Source: an uncultured Gemmatimonadales bacterium
GTDB taxonomy: Bacteria > Gemmatimonadota > Gemmatimonadetes > Gemmatimonadales > GWC2-71-9
Reading direction: 5' to 3'
Length of the DNA: 64,000 nt
Assembly: GCA_963817435.1 (NCBI GenBank)
Contig: CAWFNY010000003.1
Span: 133,065 to 197,064, forward strand
In this document: one piece after another, positions 55,188 through 63,188 of the stretch
Layout: each line of letters starts with the position of its first letter
Position numbering within the stretch: the first letter of the stretch is position 1
Notes under the pieces: generated by a model
The model's input: the letters and a program-made list of their open reading frames with translations, nothing else
The model's database searches: none
Told to the model about the DNA's origin: nothing
Made by a program: the position numbers and the translations under genes

Positions 55188-57814
55188 GCGAAATCCCCAT
55201 GAGGCTGAGCGCCGCCCTCGCCGACCGCTATCTGCTCGAGCGGGAGCTCGGCCAGGGCGGCATGGCCACCGTCTACCTCGCCGAAGACCTCAAGCATCAC
55301 CGCAAGGTCGCGGTGAAGGTGCTCCGGCCGGATCTCGCCGCAACCATGGGGGCCGAGCGGTTCGAGCGGGAGATCCAGGTCGCCGCCCGGCTGCAGCACC
55401 CCCACATCCTCGGTGTGCTCGACTCCGGGGAGTCCGGCGGCTTCTTCTACTACGTGATGCCCTACGTCGAGGGCGAGACGCTGCGCGACCGGATCACCCG
55501 GAGCGGCGAACTGCCGGTCAGCGACGCGCTCCGGCTGCTGGGCGAGATCACCGAGGCCCTCGCCGTGGCGCACCGGGCCGGGGTGGTGCACCGCGACATC
55601 AAGCCGGAGAACATCCTGCTGTCGGGCCGCCATGCGCTGGTCATGGACTTCGGCGTGGCCAAGGCGGTCACCGAGGCGAGCGGCCGGCAGCAGCTCACCA
55701 CCGCCGGCGTCGCGTTAGGCACGCCGGCCTACATGGCGCCGGAGCAGGCCACCGCCGATCCGCAGCTTGATCACCGAGTGGACATCTACGCGTTAGGCGT
55801 GCTGGCCTACGAGATGCTCACAGGCCATCCGCCCTTCCACGGACTCACGCCGCAGCAGACCCTCGCGGCCCAGGTCACCCAGGCGCCGGTGCCGGTCACC
55901 CAGCGGCGGCCCGGGATCGCGCCGGTGCTCGACGCGCTCATCATGCGCTGCCTGGCCAAACGGCCAGCGGACCGGTTCCAGACTGCGGACGAGCTGGTCG
56001 CGGCCCTAGAGCCGCTGGCCACGCCGAGCGGCGGGATGACGCCGGCGCATACCATGCCGGTCAGTGCGCTGTCCGCGCCGCGCGGCGTGCCCCGATGGGC
56101 GCGCGGCGCCGTTGCGGGAGCCGTGGTGCTCGCGGTCGGCGCGGTGGCGTTCGTGCTCCTCAATCGTCCGCCGGCCACCGCCGCACTGGTGCAGCCGCTG
56201 CAGCTCACCCGGAGCGCAGGGGTGCAGGAGTCGCCCTTCATCACCAGCGATGGCAAAGGCGTCGCCTACCGCATCCTCGGCCCAGGTGATACGGCCAATC
56301 GCGTCGAATTGCGGCGGGGCAGTGATGGCAGCGCGGTCCCGCTCGCCGAGGCTGCCGGGCCACGCGGCTGGTCGCCCGACGGCGACAAGCTGCTCATCGC
56401 GACTCGGCGTGGACTGGAGACCGTCCCCGCGCTCGGCGGATCGAGCACCCTGCTCGTCGCCGGCGCCAGGTTCGGGACCTGGGCACCTGACGGGCAGCGC
56501 CTGGTCTATGTGCGCGGGGACTCGCTCCTGCTTCGCGGTAGCGATGGAACCGACAAGCTGCTCGCGCACACCCTCGACCCGCACTCGCTCGCCTGGTCGC
56601 CCGACGGCAGATGGATCGCCTACGTCTCCGACAACTCCCGGTACCTCAACGACTGGAACATCGCCGTCTCTGCGCTCTGGCTGGTGCCGTCCGCCGGCGG
56701 CGCCGCGGTGCAGCTCACCACCAAGGAAGCGCTGAACCTGAGTCCCGCCTGGGCCCCGGACAGCCGCCGGCTCCTCTTCGTCTCGGGACGGAGCGGGACC
56801 CGCGACATCTACCAGCTCAATCTCGGCTCCGATGGCAAGCCGCGGGGCGATCCGCTGCAGATCACCGTCGGGCTGAATGTCTCGCAGATCACGCTCGCAC
56901 CCGATGGCGAGCACCTGGCCTATTCGGTCGTGACCAATCGCAGCAACATCTGGCGGGTGAAAGAGCAGGCCGCCGGGCCGCTGTCGAGCCGCGGGGCAGA
57001 ACTGGTCACTTCCGACCAGGAGAGCATCGAGAGCTTCTGGATCTCCCGGGACGGGCAGTGGCTGGTGTTCGACTCCGACCGGTCGGGGACGCAGCAGATC
57101 TTTCGCCGCCGCCTGGCGGGCGGTGAGGTGCAGCAGGTCACCCATGGAACTTCTCCAGCCTTCTCGGTGTCGCTCTCGCCCGACGGCAGGCAGGTTGCCT
57201 ACCATTCCATCGTCAATGGCCAGCGGCGGGTCTTCGTCACCTCGAGCGAAGGGGGCGAGCAGCCGGTGCAGGTGTCGCCCGGCACTTTCCAGGATGAGCG
57301 CAACCCGCAGTGGGCTCCCGACGGCAGACGACTCTCGTGGCAGACGATCGCGAACGGGGTGCTGCGGGCCTGGGTGGTCACGCGGAAAGGCACGGGATGG
57401 AGCGCACCGCGGGAAGTGGCTCGCCCGGGCATGACGATCTCCTCCACCTGGGGTGATACCGCGCTCCTGGTGGCGTTCGACACCGTGAACCGTCGCGGCG
57501 TCCTGGTCAGTGTCGACAGCGGGAGCGGCCCGGCGCGGGTTCTGCTCCAGGCCACGGAGGCGACCCCGAAGGGGCAGGCGCAGCCGGTCTCCTCGCCCGA
57601 CTTCCGCACCTTCTTTCTCTCCAATCGCCAGGGGATCTGGGCCCTGCCGATCAAGGGCGGCACGCTCCGGGAGCTGGTGCGGTTCGACGATCCGCTCCAC
57701 CCCCATGCGAGCAATGCCCGCAGCGTCTCGGGGTATGGCGGGTATGTGTACTTCACCCTGCAGAACCCGCAGAGCAACATCTGGGTCGCCCGGGTGACTG
57801 GCCTCAAGCGATGA
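55184..57814 (+). CDS. receptor Ser/Thr protein kinase K11 (kinase-TM-TolB-like propeller), head subfamily E
   Basis: 876 aa. ATG overlaps the K10 TGA. The head is close to K6 (VAVKVL, LLSGRHALVMDFGVAKAV, YMAPEQ). The propeller carries WSPDG.../D(I/V)Y blades like ORF 41996. Tail NIWVARVTGLKR. Confidence 0.9.
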   Translation: MSEIPMRLSAALADRYLLERELGQGGMATVYLAEDLKHHRKVAVKVLRPDLAATMGAERFEREIQVAARLQHPHILGVLDSGESGGFFYYVMPYVEGETLRDRITRSGELPVSDALRLLGEITEALAVAHRAGVVHRDIKPENILLSGRHALVMDFGVAKAVTEASGRQQLTTAGVALGTPAYMAPEQATADPQLDHRVDIYALGVLAYEMLTGHPPFHGLTPQQTLAAQVTQAPVPVTQRRPGIAPVLDALIMRCLAKRPADRFQTADELVAALEPLATPSGGMTPAHTMPVSALSAPRGVPRWARGAVAGAVVLAVGAVAFVLLNRPPATAALVQPLQLTRSAGVQESPFITSDGKGVAYRILGPGDTANRVELRRGSDGSAVPLAEAAGPRGWSPDGDKLLIATRRGLETVPALGGSSTLLVAGARFGTWAPDGQRLVYVRGDSLLLRGSDGTDKLLAHTLDPHSLAWSPDGRWIAYVSDNSRYLNDWNIAVSALWLVPSAGGAAVQLTTKEALNLSPAWAPDSRRLLFVSGRSGTRDIYQLNLGSDGKPRGDPLQITVGLNVSQITLAPDGEHLAYSVVTNRSNIWRVKEQAAGPLSSRGAELVTSDQESIESFWISRDGQWLVFDSDRSGTQQIFRRRLAGGEVQQVTHGTSPAFSVSLSPDGRQVAYHSIVNGQRRVFVTSSEGGEQPVQVSPGTFQDERNPQWAPDGRRLSWQTIANGVLRAWVVTRKGTGWSAPREVARPGMTISSTWGDTALLVAFDTVNRRGVLVSVDSGSGPARVLLQATEATPKGQAQPVSSPDFRTFFLSNRQGIWALPIKGGTLRELVRFDDPLHPHASNARSVSGYGGYVYFTLQNPQSNIWVARVTGLKR

Positions 57815-60474
57815 GCGACGCCGCCGCACGTCTTGCTGCCGCCCTCGCCGACCGCTACCGCCTCGAGCGGGAGCTGGGCCATGGCGGGATGGCGACGGTC
57901 TACCTCGCCGAAGACCTCAAGCATCACCGCAAGGTCGCGATCAAGGTGCTGCGGCCCGAACTCGCCGCCGTCGTCGGGGCCGAACGGTTTCTGAGTGAGA
58001 TCAAGACCACGGCGAACCTGCAGCACCCGCACATTCTCCCGCTCTTCGACTCGGGGGCCGCGGATTCGTTCCTCTTCTATGTCATGCCCTTCGTCGCAGG
58101 GGAATCGCTTCGCGACCGGCTCCGCCGCGAAAAGCAGCTGCCGATCGGCGACGCGATCCGGATCGCCACCGAGATCGCCGGTGCACTGGACTACGCGCAC
58201 CGGCACGGCGTCATCCACCGCGACATCAAGCCCGAGAATATCCTGCTGCATGACGGCCGGGCGCTGGTCGCCGATTTCGGCATTGCGCTGGCCGCGAGCA
58301 CTGCCGACGGGACGCGCCTCACGGAGACCGGCCTCTCGCTCGGGACTCCGGCGTACATGTCCCCCGAACAGGCGATGGGTGAGCGGGAGATCACCGCGCG
58401 CAGCGACATCTACGCCCTCGGCTGCGTGACCTACGAAATGCTCACCGGAGAGCCGCCCTTCAGCGGTCCGACGGCGCAGGCCATCGTCGCCAGGGTCATG
58501 ACGACACCCCCGGCATCACCCAGCGTGAGCCGCGCGCGGGTACCGCCGGCGGTCGATGCGGCAGTGCTGGCCGCCCTGGAGAAACTGCCAGCCGATCGCT
58601 TCGCGAGTGCAGCGGAGTTCGCGGCGGCGCTCTCCGGCGAACGCCCGATCGCAAGCCGGCCGGCCGGCGCGCTGTCCGCGGCGGGCTCGGGCAGCAGGTC
58701 ATGGGCCCGACTCGCAGCCCTGGCGGGTATCGCCCTCACCGGCATGACGGTCGCCTACCTGGGCGGGAGAAGGTACGGCCGCACGGAATCGCCGACGCTG
58801 CCACCGGCGCGTCTCGCGCTCATCGCGCCGGCGCTGGGCGCGCCAAGCACGTCGACCGCGGGCCGGCAGGTCGCGATCACCCCGGCCGGCGACGCCATCC
58901 TATACGTCGGCACCCGTGACGACACCACCGCGCTCTTCCTACAGCGCCTCGACCTGCCCGGACCCGTCGAGATCGCCGGCTCCGCCACGCTCCGGGATCC
59001 CATCATCACGCCAGACGGCCGCTCCGTCATCGGCCTGTCCCCCACGGGCGGAGTGCGGCTCCCGCTCGAGGGCGGTTCGCCCCGCGCCATCCCGCTGCCG
59101 TCGAGCACCTTCATCGGCACCTGGGCCCCGGATGGCTCCTACTGGTTCACGAATGTGGACATCAGTGGACTGATGCGGCTCACCCCAACCGACTCGGTGG
59201 TTCCGATTGGGGCGACTCCGGAGAAGCTGGCGGGGCTCCGCGTTCAACAGGTGCTGGACGACGGGCACACCGCCCTGGTGGTGCACGCGCCATCGACGAC
59301 TGCGAGCGGGCCCGGCCTGGTGCTCGACCTGCGGAGCGGTGAGCTCTCGCCGCTACTGGACGGGCCGGTGCTGGAGATGCGCATCGTGCGCGGTGAACTG
59401 CTCTGTGCTATGCCCGACGGATCGATCACCGCGGCTCCCTTCGACGTCCGATCGCATCGGCTTCTCGGACCGGCCGTGCAGGTCGCCACCGGAGTGGCAC
59501 TCACCGGCAATGGACTCGCTCACTTCGCCGTGGCCAGGAACGGCACCCTGGTCTACGTCCAGGAGGGTCCCCCCTCGCTGGTCCTGGTCGACCGGGCCGG
59601 CTCCGAGACCGTTGCCCTCGCCGATCAGGAGTTTCTGCACTCGCCGCGCTTCTCGCCCGACGGGCGCCGGGTGTCGTTCGACATCACCACGGCCGACGGG
59701 CGCGACGTCTGGATCTACTCGCTGGACCAGCACGCCCGCTCCCGCACGACCTTCGTCAAGGATGGACACGACGCCACCTGGACCCCTGACGGGCGATTCA
59801 TCACCTACACCCACCTGCTGGGCAGCCTCGTCGGCGTCTATCGCACCCGGCCGGGCAGCACGGCACCGGCCGAGTCGCTGTTCGCCGCGCCGCATCTCGA
59901 CTACACGGGAACGTGGCTCGGTGACGGCAGCGCACTGATCACCGACGGGAGCGACCTCCACGGGCACTCGGGCGGCGACATTGCGCGGATCGCCGATTCG
60001 GGACGGGGCCCGCTCGAGCCGCTGGTCGCGAGCCCGTTCCTCGAGCGCTTCGCCGCGCCGTCACCCGACGGGCGCCTGCTGGCGTTCGCCTCCAATCAGA
60101 GCGGGCGGGAGGAGGTCTACGTCCAGCACCTCTCGGGAGAGGGGGAGCCGGTGCAGGTGTCGCAGAATGGGGGGAGCGAGGCGGTCTGGGCACCTGATGG
60201 CCGGGAGCTGTACTATCGTGGCGCTCACAACGGCCAGGTCGTCCTCGAAGCGGCCACACTCAGGTCGGCACCGGACCTGGCCGTCGTCTCCCGTCGCGCG
60301 CTCTTCCCCATCCCCGAGATCGTCGGGACCGGTCCGCATGCGAACTACGACGTCTCACCTGATGGTCGCACCTTCGCGATGGTTCGACGCAGTTGGAGCA
60401 GGCACATCGTGGTGATCCAGGACCTGCCCGGACTCCTGCGCCACCTCCGCGCCTCCGGTGGGGCCGCCCCATGA
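57811..60474 (+). CDS. receptor Ser/Thr protein kinase K12 (kinase-TM-propeller), head subfamily D
   Basis: 887 aa. ATG overlaps the K11 TGA. All kinase motifs present. Tail IVVIQDLPGLLRHLR. Confidence 0.9.
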   Translation: MSDAAARLAAALADRYRLERELGHGGMATVYLAEDLKHHRKVAIKVLRPELAAVVGAERFLSEIKTTANLQHPHILPLFDSGAADSFLFYVMPFVAGESLRDRLRREKQLPIGDAIRIATEIAGALDYAHRHGVIHRDIKPENILLHDGRALVADFGIALAASTADGTRLTETGLSLGTPAYMSPEQAMGEREITARSDIYALGCVTYEMLTGEPPFSGPTAQAIVARVMTTPPASPSVSRARVPPAVDAAVLAALEKLPADRFASAAEFAAALSGERPIASRPAGALSAAGSGSRSWARLAALAGIALTGMTVAYLGGRRYGRTESPTLPPARLALIAPALGAPSTSTAGRQVAITPAGDAILYVGTRDDTTALFLQRLDLPGPVEIAGSATLRDPIITPDGRSVIGLSPTGGVRLPLEGGSPRAIPLPSSTFIGTWAPDGSYWFTNVDISGLMRLTPTDSVVPIGATPEKLAGLRVQQVLDDGHTALVVHAPSTTASGPGLVLDLRSGELSPLLDGPVLEMRIVRGELLCAMPDGSITAAPFDVRSHRLLGPAVQVATGVALTGNGLAHFAVARNGTLVYVQEGPPSLVLVDRAGSETVALADQEFLHSPRFSPDGRRVSFDITTADGRDVWIYSLDQHARSRTTFVKDGHDATWTPDGRFITYTHLLGSLVGVYRTRPGSTAPAESLFAAPHLDYTGTWLGDGSALITDGSDLHGHSGGDIARIADSGRGPLEPLVASPFLERFAAPSPDGRLLAFASNQSGREEVYVQHLSGEGEPVQVSQNGGSEAVWAPDGRELYYRGAHNGQVVLEAATLRSAPDLAVVSRRALFPIPEIVGTGPHANYDVSPDGRTFAMVRRSWSRHIVVIQDLPGLLRHLRASGGAAP

Positions 60475-60480
60475 TCGGCG

Positions 60481-63174
60481 GTGTCCAAGATGGCTGAGAT
60501 GACCACCAGGCTTGCCGACGCCCTCGCCGACCGCTACCGCATCGAGCGGGAGCTGGGCCAGGGCGGCATGGCCACCGTCTACCTCGCGCACGACATGCGG
60601 CACGACCGCAAGGTCGCGCTCAAGGTGCTCCGCCCCGAGCTGAGTGCCATCCTCGGTGCGGAGCGATTCCTGGCGGAGATCAAGACCACTGCGAACCTGC
60701 AGCATCCCCACATTCTCTCGCTGTTCGACTCCGGGGAAGCCGCCGGCCTCGTGTTCTACGTCATGCCGTACGTCGAGGGGGAGAGTCTCCGGGACCGGCT
60801 CAACCGCGAACGGCAGCTGCCGGTGGACGAGGCGGTGCGGATCGCGCGCGAGGTCGCCGACGCGCTCGACTACGCGCACCACCAGGGCGTGATCCACCGC
60901 GACATCAAGCCGGAGAACATCCTCCTCCATGGTGGCCACGCCCAGGTGGCCGACTTCGGGATCGCGCTGGCAGCGTCCCGCTCCGACAGCGGGTCGCGGA
61001 TGACCGAGACCGGCATGTCGCTCGGCACACCGCACTACATGAGCCCCGAGCAGGCGATGGGGGAACGGGAGATCACCGCGAAGAGCGATGTCTACGCACT
61101 CGGCTGCGTGCTGTACGAGATGCTGGCCGGCGAGCCGCCGTTCACCGGGCCGAGCGCCCAGGCCATCATCGCGCGGGTCATGACCGAGGAGCCGAGAAGC
61201 CTGACGCTGCAGCGGAAGACGATTCCGCCCCACGTCGAGGCGGCGGTGGTCACGGCGCTGGCGAAGCTCCCCGCAGACCGGTTTGCCAGCGCGGCGGCGT
61301 TCGGGGAGGCACTGGCTCATCCCACCGCCTCGACCCTCGCCGCCACGAGCGCGAGGCTGCGAGAGGCCGCTGGACGGGCCGCCACTCCCCGTGCACGCCT
61401 GAGCGTGCTGTTGCCGTGGGCCGTCGCGGTCATCGCCATCGCCGTCGCCGTCGCCGGGTGGGGCTGGTTAGGCAGGCCACCCCGGCCGGCGCCGAGCTGG
61501 CAGTACATCACCTTCGGCGACGCCCCGAAGCCCTCCGTGAGCGCGCCCTCCCTGGCGCTGTCGCCCGATGGGGCGAGCCTGGTCATCAAGGATGACATCC
61601 AGAACGGACGGCTCTGGATCAAGCGCCGCGGCGAGCTGACGCCGGTTCCCATTCCGGGCACCGAACGAGGCTTCTATCCGGCCTTCTCTCCCGACGGGCA
61701 GTGGATCTCGTTCATCGCCGACTTTCGCCTCAAGAAGATCCGGCCCGGTGAGGGCGGAGCGATCACGCTGGCCGATTCCGCCGCGTTGCCGTTCGGCGGA
61801 GCGGCCTGGCTGGACGACGGCTCCATCGTCTATGTCGGACCGACGCTCAGCGAGCTGTCCAGAGTGAGCGGGACGGGCGGAGCGCCCACGAGCGTGCTGA
61901 AGAGTCCGCAGCTCGCGGGCCTGGGGCTTGCAATGCCGACCCCGCTCCCCGGCGCCCGCGGTGTGCTGTTCACGGTGTGCACGTCCGGATGTGTGACGGT
62001 GAGCGTGCACGTCCTCGACCTGCACACCGGTCAGGAGCATCTCCTGCTCAACGACGTGCTGACCGCATGGTATCTGCCGACCGGACAGCTCTTCTTCCTG
62101 CGGCGCGACGGTGCGGGGCTCGTGGCCCCATTCGACCTCAAGCGGCTGCAGGTCACCGGGGCGGGGATACCGGTGCTCGAACGGGTCCGGACCTTTGTCG
62201 GCTTGCCGTTCCTGACCTGGTCCCCCTCGGGAACCCTGATCTTCATGCAGGGGGATGCGGGAGCCACCGACGCGGAAATGGTGCGGGTCAACCGGGAAGG
62301 CGCTGTCGCCCCGATCGACACGGCCTGGCACGGTGGGTTCAACTCGGCGGCGGTCTCCCCCGATGGGCGCCGCCTGGCAATCGGCGTGGGACTCGCCAGC
62401 GGCACCCTCGGCATCTGGATCAAGCAGCTCGACCGCGGACCATTCACCCGCCTCACCTTCGGTGGCCAGGATCGGCGGCCGGCGTGGTCGCCGGACGGGA
62501 GGGTCGTGGCGTTCATCCGGGATTCGCTGAACTCGAGCAGCGTCTACGCGCGAGAGGCCGACGGCAGCACTTCGGATCGGCTCCTCGCCCGGCTCGACCG
62601 CCCGGTACAGGAAGTGACCTGGAGCCCCGACGGCCGCTGGCTCGTGCTCAGGACCGACAACGGCGCCGCCGGCCTCGGCGACCTTGTCGGTGTCCGAACC
62701 AGTGGGGACACGACGCCGGTCCCACTGGTGGCGAGCAGCTTCACCGAACTGGAACCCGCCGTCTCTCCCGACAGCCGCTGGCTGGCATATGCCTCGAACG
62801 AGTCCGGGGCGAACGAGATCTACGTCCGCCCATTCCCGGGCACCACGGGCGCACGATGGCAGGTGTCGAACGGCGGGGGGGAGCAGCCGCGCTGGTCCCC
62901 GGACGGACGGGAGCTGTACTTCATCGACCGCACCGCGCATCTCGTCGCCGCCGACGTGCGCACGGCGCCGACGTTCGAGGTCAGCGAACTCAGGACGCTG
63001 TTCGACGCCTCCGCCTACGTGAACCCCGGCTTCCACCAGAGCTACGACGTGCTGCCAGGCGGCAAGGGGTTTCTATTCATGCGGACCAGGCTGGCCACTC
63101 AGGGCCGAGGCGGAGTGCCGATCGTCCAGGTCGACAACTGGTTTGCTGATCTCAAGGCACGGACCTCACACTAG
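60481..63174 (+). CDS. receptor Ser/Thr protein kinase K13 (kinase-TM-propeller), head subfamily A
   Basis: 897 aa from GTG 60481; alternative ATG starts at 60490 and 60499. The head shares RHDRKVALKVL, FLAEIKTT, AREVADAL and LLHGGHA with K1. Tail IVQVDNWFADLKARTSH. Confidence 0.9.
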   Translation: MSKMAEMTTRLADALADRYRIERELGQGGMATVYLAHDMRHDRKVALKVLRPELSAILGAERFLAEIKTTANLQHPHILSLFDSGEAAGLVFYVMPYVEGESLRDRLNRERQLPVDEAVRIAREVADALDYAHHQGVIHRDIKPENILLHGGHAQVADFGIALAASRSDSGSRMTETGMSLGTPHYMSPEQAMGEREITAKSDVYALGCVLYEMLAGEPPFTGPSAQAIIARVMTEEPRSLTLQRKTIPPHVEAAVVTALAKLPADRFASAAAFGEALAHPTASTLAATSARLREAAGRAATPRARLSVLLPWAVAVIAIAVAVAGWGWLGRPPRPAPSWQYITFGDAPKPSVSAPSLALSPDGASLVIKDDIQNGRLWIKRRGELTPVPIPGTERGFYPAFSPDGQWISFIADFRLKKIRPGEGGAITLADSAALPFGGAAWLDDGSIVYVGPTLSELSRVSGTGGAPTSVLKSPQLAGLGLAMPTPLPGARGVLFTVCTSGCVTVSVHVLDLHTGQEHLLLNDVLTAWYLPTGQLFFLRRDGAGLVAPFDLKRLQVTGAGIPVLERVRTFVGLPFLTWSPSGTLIFMQGDAGATDAEMVRVNREGAVAPIDTAWHGGFNSAAVSPDGRRLAIGVGLASGTLGIWIKQLDRGPFTRLTFGGQDRRPAWSPDGRVVAFIRDSLNSSSVYAREADGSTSDRLLARLDRPVQEVTWSPDGRWLVLRTDNGAAGLGDLVGVRTSGDTTPVPLVASSFTELEPAVSPDSRWLAYASNESGANEIYVRPFPGTTGARWQVSNGGGEQPRWSPDGRELYFIDRTAHLVAADVRTAPTFEVSELRTLFDASAYVNPGFHQSYDVLPGGKGFLFMRTRLATQGRGGVPIVQVDNWFADLKARTSH

Positions 63175-63188
63175 CCGAAAGCCCCTCG

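Noticed and set aside
23540-60600. Periodic recurrence (about every 2.6 kb) of near-identical 60-100-nt stretches such as ctcgccgaccgctaccgcctcgagcgggagctcggccagggcggcatggc. I considered whether this is a CRISPR-like array, IS ends or a satellite.
   Set aside because: The repeats are the in-frame 5' ends of the kinase paralogues. The spacing equals gene length, and there is no short unique-spacer architecture and no cas or transposase genes.
23506-63174. Genomic island, mobile element or diversity-generating retroelement as the explanation for the variable sensor domains.
   Set aside because: No integrase, transposase, tRNA border, reverse transcriptase or template/variable repeat pair is visible. 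Composition looks uniform with the flanks by eye.
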